In this document: piece by piece, positions 52,185-63,616 of the stretch
How the letters are laid out: each line of letters begins with the position of its first letter
Position numbering within the stretch: the stretch's first letter is position 1
Assembly (NCBI GenBank): GCA_051294375.1
Contig: CM119269.1
Span: forward strand, 22,222,076 to 22,286,075
DNA from: Paraspadella gotoi
Taxonomy: Eukaryota; Animalia; Chaetognatha
Length of the DNA: 64,000 nucleotides
Direction: 5' to 3'
Translations under genes and position numbers: made by a program
The notes under the pieces: model-generated
Databases searched by the model: none
Seen by the model: only the letters and a program-made list of their open reading frames with translations
Told to the model about the DNA's origin: nothing

Positions 52185-53032
52185 AGCCAACCTGATGACT
52201 GAATAATGAAGATATTTAGTAAAGTTTAAAGTAAAGTATAAAAAAGTATAAAGTATAAAGTATTTCGAATTTCAATTCCTGTGAATCAGTTCATGTTTTA
52301 AAGAAATAAGTTTTCACCTAGTTTTTTGCATTTTTTTTTTCATTTTTATGAAATTGGTACTACCAAAAAATAAAATTATACATTCATTCAGCAAAGAGAA
52401 TTTGTTTTTATTTCTACGACTATTTTATTTGTAATAGGAACAGACATGTTTCATTCAATAAATAGGCTATCTTGCCTCCTGACTTTGGACGGGCTATTTC
52501 ATAATCAAAAAAGAGGTGTTTTTTTTTTTTTAAACTGATATAAAATAGCAAATTCAAAAATTCTTATCTGAAAAATCAATTTTTATGAATATATATGGAG
52601 CTGACTTCAGTACTGGATTAATTTTTGTTGCTCCTGGATTTTTGTTTATTATGGAACTTGTAACTTTTGTTATTGGAAATTATACTCGAGACTCACGAAT
52701 TACTATTTTTAAATTTTTTTCTATTTTTAAGCTAAATCTGAAAAAAAAAATAGCAAGAAAAAATAGAAAGATTAGTAGATAGCAAGATGATTCGTAAAAG
52801 AAAGAAGCAAGTATGGTGGACTAAGAGTCATTCGTCAACAGCAACAACAACACTTTCAGGCGACATGCCTCAACCTGGCGATGCACTTTCCGCCATCAAC
52901 ACATCAGGCGACATGCCTCAACTTGGTGACGAACTTTCCACCAACAACAACAATTCAATGAAGAGACGCAACAGACTTCTCCCTACGGGAGGGGGGAAGT
53001 ATGGTGGACTAAAATCCACCAACCGTTCATCA

Positions 53033-53230
53033 GCGGCCATTGGTGCCGGAGGCAAGTCATTCGCCTCCCAACCCAAAGGTCCAGAGTTCTAGCCCGGTGG
53101 TCGCCCAGCAGTTAAGAGGGACGGGGAGCTTAACCCGCCTGTAACACGGTGTTACAGCCTGATCCGAAGCTCAGGGACTGCTTACAGAAGTAAGTAAAGA
53201 AATAAATATTATTAATAAATGAATAAATAA
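53033..53230 (+). mobile_element. tRNA(Gly)-derived SINE-like element with a twister-like fold and A-rich tail
   Basis: 72-nt tRNA-like head (stem GCGGCCA/TGGTCGC, CTCCCAA loop, GTTCTAG), structured body, A-rich tail; absent from the paralogous site near 58390. Confidence 0.7.
53107..53182 (+). ncRNA. Twister ribozyme-like motif (P5-type permutation, P1 vestigial)
   Basis: GA-CGG, UAA, GC, P3, P4 with loop UCCGAAGC and closing P5 are contiguous and in twister order. Confidence 0.55.
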
Positions 53231-53696
53231 CGACTCAAGGTCTTAGGATTAACACCGACTAACTCTTCTTCTTCATCCTTTGCTCCTCTAACCTTCCATT
53301 TTGTCCTCCCACCTTTTTTTCAGCTCTATTCCACTGACGGTAGGGCAAAGAGAATGTGAAAGAAACCAAAAAAGTCTCATCTCTGAAACATATAAAATCT
53401 TAAAGTATACCGATAAGGCTCTTATTGTGGCAGGTCTGCAAAATCCGATCAAAGAAAGATTTTTTTAAAAATGCTAATTAAAGTTTTTTGAAAATTGTTT
53501 TAAAAAATATTCTAATTGTTAGGGTGAATATGCTTACAATTTGAATTTCCGTATGTCTATCATTATCTACAAAGCATAAGCTTTAATTTGAGACCTCTCC
53601 AAACTTTTTACGATTTTTCGTTATTGTATTATTAATAAAAATTCTAATTCTTTATGCAAATATATCTTTCCTCTCTCTTTCCCACCGCCCGTTTGA

Positions 53697-53981
53697 TTTA
53701 ATGTTTCTTCATTTTTAATTTCCGCTCAAAAAGATAAAGATAAACACGAAGAAAAAGACGATGATGACGAAATAGGTCAATTTGATAAAAGCGACGTAGA
53801 CATGAATTTGAAACGTAGCAACCAAAGTGTCGGCGGCGAAACCGGAAAAAGCAGCGGCGAAACCGGTAAAAGCAGCGGCGAGCCCGGCAAAGGCAGCGGC
53901 AGCAGAGGCGGCAGGAGTCGAAACAGCGCTGAAGGGCGTCGGGGGCGAGCCCGCTGGTTGAAATTTTTACGAATGAATTAG
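53697..53981 (+). pseudogene. Third family member C, 5'-truncated or missing its first exon
   Basis: Open frame KDKDKHEEKDDDDE..GETGKSSGETGKSS..GRRGRARWLKFLRMN*; same acidic/GKSS/Gly/Arg layout; no signal peptide seen. Confidence 0.5.
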
Positions 53982-54425
53982 TTAACGGAATTATTCAGGG
54001 ATATAATTAGTATAACTTATAATTATAATTGATTTATCTATGGCCGGACTCTTTTATAATCCTGCATTTTTTATTTTTTCGAGGAATTTTAAATATTTTT
54101 AATTAATGATCGAAAAGTTGTCTTTTTATTGATAAGTTTTAACCTTTTCATTTTCTGTAAATTTTGATGATTTATTTTCTCAAATCATAGACATTTATTT
54201 GTCAATTGTCATCTCTCTCTCTCTCTCTCTGTCTCTTTTTCTGACACCTTATCCTTTCCATACTTCGCTAAGACTCGGTCTACCCGGTCTTTTGATCCTA
54301 AACTAACCCCGGCCTAATTAATTAATTAATTATTTAATGGAAACCAAAAATTACTTTATACATAACTCTCTCTCTTTCTCTCGGTCTCTCTCTCTCTCGT
54401 CATCTCTCATCGTCTCTCAATCTCT

Positions 54426-54470
<45 letters not shown>

Positions 54471-54556
54471 GTCTCTTTCTCCTCTGTCTCTCGTCTCCTC
54501 TCTCTCTCTCTTTCTTTCTCTCTGTCTCTGTCTCTCTATCTGTCTCTTTCTCTCTG

Positions 54557-54610
<54 letters not shown>

Positions 54611-54650
54611 GTCTCTCTATCTGTCTCTTTCTCTCTGTCTCTCTCTCGCA

Positions 54651-54893
54651 ATGACGTTAAGGATGTTTCCTCTTAACAAAAATCTCTTCTTTCTCATCTT
54701 CATTAGCGTCCTTATTTCTGATAGTTGCCAGCGCCGACGCATATCCCGGTTCCGACGAAAAACCTGCCGACATGATACTTATATATATATATATATTATA
54801 TTAAAATATTAAATACTTATATATATATTATTTACATACGATGACGTCAATGAACACATAATCTAGAAAAACTTGATGTCAGGTAATTCCTAA
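54651..54893 (+). pseudogene. Degraded small secreted-peptide gene at the paralogous position to 46788
   Basis: ATG plus hydrophobic NLFFLIFISVL; a 1-nt shift gives FLIVASADA|YPGSDEK; second-exon copy has a lost AG and an internal TAG. Confidence 0.35.
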
Positions 54894-55713
54894 TGTGAGA
54901 CGGTTTAATTTAGGGACGGAAGATCATAAAAAGATGAGTCCAATTTTAGTTTCTTAACCCATTCTCGGCTTCATTAAAATCCAGACATTTAGGGTATCGT
55001 GTTGCTTTAGAAAAAACAGGGAAATAACCTGAAAAGGTCATTATTTTAGGAAAATTCAACTACATATATACAGACTTCTGGGATAATTTATCCCGGGTCA
55101 TCCATGCATCTTGGATTTAAAAATACTTATTAATACGTACATTTAAATATTTATTTAAAACCCAACCAATTTATTGGAGTTCCGTAGCAATATAGATGAA
55201 ATGTAAATAATGCAAAAAAATCGTCAAAAAAAATTATTTTATTTAAATTTGCCTTTGGCGAATCAAATTGTAAGTGATCATTTTAATGAACGAAGTTGGA
55301 TTTTTTTACTACAAAATATTAAGCCGGTTTATGTTGTGTCAGTTTTCTCGAATGACAATGTACCTTATCTCTCTTCCTTTTGCCCTCCATCTTCATCTTT
55401 GGCTATTTTTATTTTTTGTGGTCATTTACCATTCTCTCTTCTGTTTCATTTACCTACAATGTCGGTTTCCAACCAAAAAAATAAGAAATATACTTTTAAA
55501 ATTAAATTTAAAATTAAAACTCCAAAAATTCAACATAAAAAAGCGAAATTTCTTTGGAACTGTCTCTCTCTCTATCCATAAACTGTCTCTCTCTCAATCC
55601 ACAAAGTCTGCTTCTTTTTTCTACAATTGTCTCTCTCTCGCTGCGTTACTTGCTCTCTTTTCGCAAGTCATTCACTCTCTCCTCAAACTCTGTCTCTCTC
55701 TCACTCCACAACA

Positions 55714-57931
55714 ATGAAGCGCCATCTCTCTTGGTTCGTCATTTTCTTCGTCATTGTATTCGGCGAACTTCTTGAAGGCACCCACACTGGAAGCTTTCCT
55801 CTCCGGCCTAAAAATCCCGTATGGAATTCCGGCCCTAAAACGCTGACAGACTATGACAGTAGGAGCGTCGAAACCGGCGAGAAAAGCAGCGCAGAAAGCG
55901 GCGAGAAAAGCGGCGAGGAAATCGTCGAAAATGGAAGACGCAGTGGCGGGCGGGGAACCAATGGCAGGGACGGCAGCGGGCGCAGGCGACAATGTTAACG
56001 GCAGCATCAGAAGTTGCATCGGCAGCAGCGGAGACAATAGACTTAGAGGCTTGCGTGTGGAAAAAGAAAATGATCAAAAACTACCATATTCCTCATCCTC
56101 AAAAGTTAAAACCCGATCCACGGACAAATACAACAGTGGCGGCAGGTGGCGGAATGGTGGACCATGGGTGGCAATGTGACGCGGTAAGGTGAACGCGACA
56201 GTAGGTGGCCAATGTTGGCGGGGGCTAATTGCGGAACATGGCCTCAATGACTGGTGCGGCTCCATGTTGGAGGTGCACGACGGTATCGTGACGTTAAATA
56301 ACCGAGGCAACGGTGAAGTGGGCAAAAATGTTATAAAGAGTGGTGAATGGAGAATAAGGCAATGATCGCAGTGGCCCTATAAGTTGGCGTGTTCTGGATG
56401 CAATGTGAAGTGGCACCTGTCGCAAGGGAGGCAATGTCGAAGTTAGATGGAAGAGGCGATGATGTGGGCTGGCAATCCGTTGCCACACTATATGCGACAT
56501 AATGGCAAATCCGGTACCCAAAAACGGTGCCAATGTTTGGCGGTAATGAAATGGGCAATGATGGTGGCCAATGTTGGTGGTATGGAAAGTTGCAATCGAT
56601 GGTGTGCTATGATATGGTTGGATAATAGGAGAATGGATGAAATCGGCGTGGCTATCGGTTGGAATAGGTTAATGGGAAATGGGGCACATCGGTGCAATGT
56701 TGGTGAATAAAAAAAAAAAATGATAATAGGAATGACAATTATAGAGGTAGGCTAAAAAAAAAAAATGTCAGGTCGGGTAATGGAAATGGCAAAAGACAGT
56801 GGTAGCATGTTGCAAGTAATGGAAAAAATGAGCAATGGGAATGGTGGCAATATTGTTTGGTGTAATGGAAATGGCAACCATGGTGGCCAATGTTTCGCGT
56901 GGTAATTAGGGATGATGGCAATGATAATGGTGGCTATGTTAGAGGTGATAAGGGACTGGAAAATAGGCAACAAGTAAGGGGGCAAATGTTGATGTGGTAA
57001 TGGATAATGGGCAATGATTGGTGGACATAATGATTAGTAGCGTATGGAAATGGCAATGGTGGTGGCATAATGTTGCAGTAAACCCGCGTGATGGCAATGT
57101 TTGTTGGTAATGGGAAAAAAATTAAGGCAATGATGTGGCTATGTTTGAGTGGTGAATGGAAATGGCCAATGGTGTGCAATGTTCGGGCTGGGTAATGGAA
57201 ATGAGCAATGATATTGAGTGGCAAATGTTGCAACCAAGGTTAAATGAAGAATGGGCATGTGTGGCAATGTTTGGCAGTAATGGAAATGGCAATGGTTGGT
57301 GGCAATGGTTGGTGGTAATGGAAATGGCAATGATAGGTGGCTATGTTCGGTGTAGATAAGGTGAAATCGGAATGGTAAGTGGCAATGTTGGCCGGAAAGT
57401 AATGGAGAATGGCAATGATGGTGGCAATGTTGGCGTATGGAGAATGGCAATATGGTGGCAATGTTAAGAAAAAAGCGGTAATGGAAATGCAATGGTAGGT
57501 GGGCAACATGTTTGCAGGGCCGGTTAATGCGAAATGGCGAGATGATAGAAAAGTGGCAAATGTTGGCAGTAATGGAAATGGCAATGATGGTGGCAATGTT
57601 GGCGGTAATGGAAATGGCAATGGTGGTGGCAATGTTGGCGGTAATGGAAATGGTAATGATGGTGGCAATGTTGGCGGTAATAGAGATGGAAATGGCAGTG
57701 GCAGCGGCGGGGGTAGCCACAGCAGCAACGGTGGTGGCAATGGCGGCAGCAGCAAAAGCAGCAGCGGGTTTGGAAATGGCGGCAGTGTCAAGAGCGACAG
57801 CGGTGGTGTCGCAAAAGGAGCATCTGCAGAGAATGCAGTGGCAGAAGAAGAAAAAAGGCGCAGAAAAACACGTCGTCCTTCGACACTGCGGACGCTGGCG
57901 CCGCCACCACCGCGCCCAACCTGATGAGTGA
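55714..57931 (+). CDS. Secreted Gly/Asn-repeat protein B (paralog of A), frame disrupted by noisy sequence
   Basis: Signal peptide MKRHLSWFVIFFVIVFG; GEKSS motifs; about 1.5 kb of degenerate 36-nt repeats (GGNVGGNGNGND); C-terminus homologous to gene A. Confidence 0.7.
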
Positions 57932-58496
57932 ATAATGAAGATTTTTTCCTCAAAATCTTTTTTGAGACAAAAGTGATTAGAATTCCATTTCCTGTGAATC
58001 AGTTCATGTTTTAAAGAAATATGTGATTATGTGGTTTTTTGGGGTTTTTTTTTCAATAGTATAAAATAAGTACTACCAATATAAAAAATTATACATTCAG
58101 TCAATAAATGGGTTATTTGCCTCCTGTTTCATAATCAAAAAAAGGGTTTTTTTTAAAACTGATATAAAATAGCAAATTCAAAAATTTTTATCCTAAGAAT
58201 CAATTTTTATGAATTTAACTAGAGATGACTTCAGTACTGGATCATTTTTTGTTGGTCCTGGATTTTTGTTTATTATGGAACTTGTAACTTGTTTTGTAAT
58301 TGGAAATTATACTCGAGACTCCCAAATTACTATTTTTTACTTTTTTCCTCTTTTTATAATTGAAGCTAAATCTGAAAAAAAGATAGTAAGATAGTAAATA
58401 AATAATGACATGTCATGTCTTAGGATTAACTTTTTACTCTTTACAACGACAAACTCCATTATTCCTTCAACCTTCCACTTTCTCCTCCCCCATTTT

Positions 58497-58775
58497 TAGT
58501 CGGATCTGCATCTGCTTTCAGCAGATCCCGACTCTATAATTCAATCTTGTCGGACATTAACTTATTTCATGTCAGAACATCGAATTATGAATTATGAATT
58601 ACGTCCGTCCGTCCGTCCGTCCGTCCGTCCGTCCCACCTTAGCAAAAAACTCCAATTGCTCGTGATTGGATGGATGGATTGGAATGAATTTTTTTGTGTG
58701 GGTAGGGAAGTGTGTGATTGAGCTGGATATGAAGTTTCGATGGAATCGTGGAAATGAGATAAATGGAAAAAACAA
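58497..58775. mobile_element. Partial inverted copy of the same HINE-like element
   Basis: Reverse complement of about 49640-49932 with (CCGT)n; inserted in a T-run. Confidence 0.7.
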
Positions 58776-59729
58776 AAAAATATATTTCAATATTTGTTAC
58801 GAAATGACTATCTTTTATATTATTTATTTTATATATCATTTCTCGAATTACAGATTTACAGATTTTCATGTTTTATAAAATGTATGAAAAATGTAGTAGT
58901 AAAGCCCTTCTTTTCTGAGACCAAACTGAATACAAAATTTACAGGTCAAAGTTGAGAGAAACGTTGTTGGATGATAAAACTTGTGGCGTTCATGGATTCG
59001 ATGAGACGATATGCTTGTTACTTCCACTAAAATGATTTCTTCTTTTATAGTATTAAAATTAGTTTCATTAGGAGATATCTGTGCATAAGCAAAACATTTT
59101 TTGCCAAATAAAAAAATACATAGAGAAAGAAAGTTCGAGCTAGAGAACCCTGTCACATGATATAAAATTGTAATGGAATTGTAATAGAAAACTCAATATA
59201 GTAGTATATCATATAAGTCATTTATGTTTTCATTCCTCTGTGATGATATATTCAGTTTTCTTTACAGATGCTTTTAACAATGTTTTAAAGACATAAAATT
59301 TAGAGTGATAATATAAAAATGAATTATCAAAAATTCAATAACAAAATTAATAGCACTAGTCTAAAAAAAAAAAATTACTAGGATATAGCGCCATATAAGA
59401 TTTTTTTGTTTAATGAAAGTATACATAAAAAAGTTTAAATTTTCGTTTGAGCATGTACTCACTCTGAATTTTTTACTCACCCCTTTGTGTGGAGCTACTC
59501 CTTCCATAATGACTGAATATATCTTTAAAAAAATTATTAGGTTTGGTCGAGTAAAGTCAGGTTACTGATAACCCTTGAGTAAAAAAGTTGCCAAAAATAG
59601 TTTCTTTATTGGTTAGAACTGGGATTATGCATTATTTTAATTTTACTTCATGAAATTTGAACATTGATCCTTCTAATTCAGATATACACATATAAATTAT
59701 AGTATATACCTACCCAAACATAACTTAAC

Positions 59730-60341
59730 CACAAAATGGTCTGGTTTTTGGAAAATAATACAGGGTAAAAAACATAAAGGTCGTTCCATAAAGAGAATGA
59801 AAAATAAACCAAACGAGGACCAAAACCGATCTTAAAAGTTCAGATGGCTTTGGAAAAAAATCGGAAACATACAAGCTTAGGTTAAAAATGGCATTGAAAA
59901 CTAACATGATTACGATAACAGTACTAAATCCACTGTACTTGCAAAATTTAACCGTCTTCTCAGAGGCGCGTAATTTAGCCGATTGCATTTCCTTCAACTT
60001 TGCTCCAAGACGTATCCTGTTCCACAGAGCGAAGATAACAATGATCAGGTCATAGGCTTCATTAAGTGCTCCAGCTAATTTTGAAATGTCAAACTGAAAA
60101 TTCATGATGTCCATTTCATACTCGTACAATAAAATGTCTCTCAAAATTTCTATAACGTTGCACAAGTGTAAGACGCAAGTAATGGCGAATGACCATAAAT
60201 AGTAATTGATAGACTTTTCTTTGAACTGCAATGGTTCGCAGAACATGCGAGTGATGTCAAAAATGATTAAGCTAAACCCATTTTTACGGAATCCCAATAA
60301 TATATCGGCCACCGTTCTTTGCAGATAGCGATAGTAGACAA
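59730..60341 (-). CDS. Internal exon of a multi-pass membrane protein
   Basis: tttttag|TT GTC TAC..TGT G|gttaag; about 204 open codons with about 4 hydrophobic segments; family not recognised. Confidence 0.6.
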
Positions 60342-60808
60342 CTAAAAAAAAATATTTATTTTAATCTTTAAATATATTTAGTATTCTTAGTCCATTTCGC
60401 CCCTTTTTGTAAACGACCTCCTTACTATTTAAATAGATCAATATGGTGTTGGTCAGTTAGTCTGTCTGTTAATTAACGATGATATACAACATCATTTCAG
60501 GTGAGACTAGGTAGAAAGCTGATGAACCATTAGTTGCCTAATGTGCAGAGAACACCAGAAAATTCCGTCACATGACATTAAATTGTGCAATTCAGAGGAG
60601 TAAGCTTTGTTGTTATCAGACATCAGACAGGGGTTATTGCGCATATGTTTTATACTTGAGTGGTTATGTAACAGCGAACAAACAAATGTGGTAACATCAG
60701 TAAATGGGGCTGATCTCACTTCATACTTTGCAGATAATTGAAAAGCCATATGATATATGGAAGTCTGTGGGATTTTATTTGATATCCCATAATACTTACC
60801 TACTACTA

Positions 60809-61161
60809 TCAACAAACCAATATCTTTTTTGTTAACCTACTTTTAATATATTTTAATATCTTTTTTGTTAACCTACTTTTAATATTTTCAAAATTTAAAA
60901 GATCCTTCACTAAAGATCCGCTGATTTCAAAGTATCCACTAAGAGTAACACCAAAAATGATGAGATACTCGTAAGCAAAGAATATTCTCATCGCTCCTTT
61001 TGTTTTGATGATGAGATGAATTTGAAGAGAAATAGCGAGAAGAGATTGAACAACTATGAGACCAACGGTTGTCCATTTTAAAGCCAGAAATTTTGCGCGG
61101 TTTTTTTCCACTTCCTTGATGTATTGAAGTAATTGCTGAAGTTTTGGGATGGGGAATAACA
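60809..61161 (-). CDS. Exon-like ORF with two hydrophobic segments (same or paralogous membrane gene)
   Basis: Follows a short gtgagt..ttacag intron (61208-61162); LFPIPKLQQ..WTTVGLIVVQSLLAISL..; internal duplication near the 3' end suggests decay. Confidence 0.4.
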
Positions 61162-62830
61162 CTGTAAATAACGTTAAGTATCAAATATTAACACAAAAAA
61201 ATACTCACTCGCCAGGCCTCGACATCAACGATGTAATCACCGTCACTCATGATTACAGATTAGTATTGCTAAACTTTTTGTTGTGACTTGACCTTTTAAA
61301 AATTATTTTTAAACCATATTAATTTTTTTTGCCAGGCTGTCGAGGAGATCATGACAAGTATCTTAAGAGAAAATAAAGTTTATATTTGTTACAAAAAACG
61401 ATTTTTGGCATTAATTTTTTTTTTTATTCAAAAATGTTCATTATCAACTATTCGAATTTATATTCTACTGTTGGAAGTAATGAGTAATAATGTAGAATGT
61501 TTACCCTTGCTCTTAGATTCCCTTTTTACTTTTACTCAACTCTTTTTATCAAATTGCAAATAGAGCAAATTGAATTACTCTTCAAATGATATCCGAAACA
61601 GCCAGCTATTGGAACCAACTGATTTGTTAGCTCCCCTATTTAAAAAGCTAACCAGCAATATGTTGAGAGGCTTATAAATCTTTACAAAAGCATAAAACTC
61701 ATATTATATTTTAAATTTTAATATTGTGAAAGTAAAGCCGAAACAAGTCTGTTTTATATTAATAAAACCAATCGTTGTCACACTCCAAATCAAACTTTCT
61801 TTATTTAATTTTAATATTGAATTTGGTAAGGATAAAATATAAAAATATTTTAGCTAGAAAAATGTGAGACAAAGAGAGGCTTCAGAAGAGAGCAAACCAT
61901 AAAATTTTTTAACCTCGGTAATACGATTATCATCTTAATATTTTAGTAAAAAATGTGGAGGACAGAAAAAGACAAGTGAAGGGAAAAAAGACGAACTGAA
62001 GGAAAAAGCGAGAAGAAGAAAGAAAAAGTAAAAAATAAATATACAGACAAAAAAAAAGTCGAGTCTGATCGATGCGCAGATGTTTTTGATTTTCGCCTTT
62101 TTACTTCTCTATTGATGATCAACAAAATTCGAACTCTTTTGTGCTCAAATTGAGTTCCTGGCAAAAATAGTTCCGTATTTTTGTTAGAACGAAATAAAAT
62201 CTATTTGTTATTTCGTGTCGTGATTTCAACTCCTGACGGAAAGTCTTTTATAGGAAAAAGTTTTTGAGCCTCTGGCAATGGGCATCACAGGCACCCCGGC
62301 TGTTGCCATAGTTTTGTATTTTCCAGAAACTTTATTATCAAATTTTATTCAATGAAAACATAGTTTCCAAAGCTGGTGGACGATCAATTGAGTTCTATGA
62401 AGAAACTAGAAACGATTTCCAAATATCTCTCTTACTTTAGGACTGAATTTTCCCTTAGAAAGGCAGAGTATTTTTAAATATATACTTATACCGGAATATT
62501 CTTAATTTTAAGTTTCATGTAAATCGAATCGTGAAAATAGAAAATATTAAAAGAAAACTTGAGAAAATCCGCCCCTTCCATGGAATGTTTTCTCCATTCA
62601 AAATTTTTGCGAAATCTGACTTTTAGAATTCCAATCGCTAGATTCTCTTTTAATTTTAGTGTAAATAAAAATTTCGTTCAAATGGAGCAGTTCACTTTAC
62701 CCTGATCAATGATCATATCATATTAAAATAACTAAATAAAATGTAAAGAAAAATTTAGAAAGAACTTCAATCACTAAGCCAGAGGATTAGAGAAGTAAAA
62801 TCATACTATTTGCACCATTAAGAAATAAAA

Positions 62831-62865
62831 AACATATTTGAGCAGACAATGTCGGATCTGCTCAC
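62831..62865. mobile_element. Terminal fragment of the HINE-like element
   Basis: TTTGAGCAGACAATGTCGGATCTGCTC matches 49277-49303. Confidence 0.55.
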
Positions 62866-62958
62866 TACATATAAGAAGTTCCGGCTAAAAATAAAAAGCA
62901 TTGGTTAATCAAATGGTTATTCAAATCACTTTACCTACTTTATCTCACTCAGTTTTCG

Positions 62959-63009
<51 letters not shown>

Positions 63010-63385
63010 CAGTTCCCGGTTTATGGCAGCCTACAGTACATATCTCTTCGAGATATCTCTGTGGATCGTCTATCCAATTTTCTACAAATCAAATTTTGTC
63101 AAATAAACTCTTGGCGTCTCATGATTAAATTCTGTTTTTCTCGGATCTCATGTTTCTATTCTACTAGTATAATTTATATTAATGATTTTAAAGTCGGATT
63201 TGCGTGATGTTTTGGAAAAACTTCAAAGTTGTTGTCGTTCCATGCAAAGTGGAGCAACAAACAGGGTGATCTTTTCTATTTTTTTTCTGTTGGCAATTAA
63301 TAAGTAGTTTATTCTTTTCTAAACAGAATTAATGAAGAAAAACAAATCTTTTTCTGACTTTCTCCCGCCTTTTAAAAACTCAAAA

Positions 63386-63616
63386 ATGTCGTCTTTGAGC
63401 AAAAAGGGAATCTTGATCTTATTGGTGGTCGTCGCTCTCGTCAGCGTCGTCGATGCCCAAGGCCGTCGACAGCTCCCTCGATCCCCCAAAGGCCCCCAGG
63501 GATTCAAAGAAATCATCCACAACAAACTCGAAGAAAGAAAACCCAAGCCGACTGTTCAAAGCGCCCATAATTTTTTTAATGTGGATAACCTGCTCAATGC
63601 AAACTTTGCGGGCTGA
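63386..63616 (+). CDS. Small secreted peptide precursor, 76 aa
   Basis: aaaATG; signal MSSLSKKGILILLVVVALVSVVDA; mature part starts with Q, contains GRR and ends NFAG*. Confidence 0.7.
   Translation: MSSLSKKGILILLVVVALVSVVDAQGRRQLPRSPKGPQGFKEIIHNKLEERKPKPTVQSAHNFFNVDNLLNANFAG

Noticed and set aside
52787-53092. 101-aa ORF
   Set aside because: Spans direct repeats and the tRNA-like head of an insertion absent from the paralogous unit.
53033-53104. Functional tRNA-Gly gene
   Set aside because: Anticodon and T stems are mispaired and there is no T-run terminator; better read as a SINE head.
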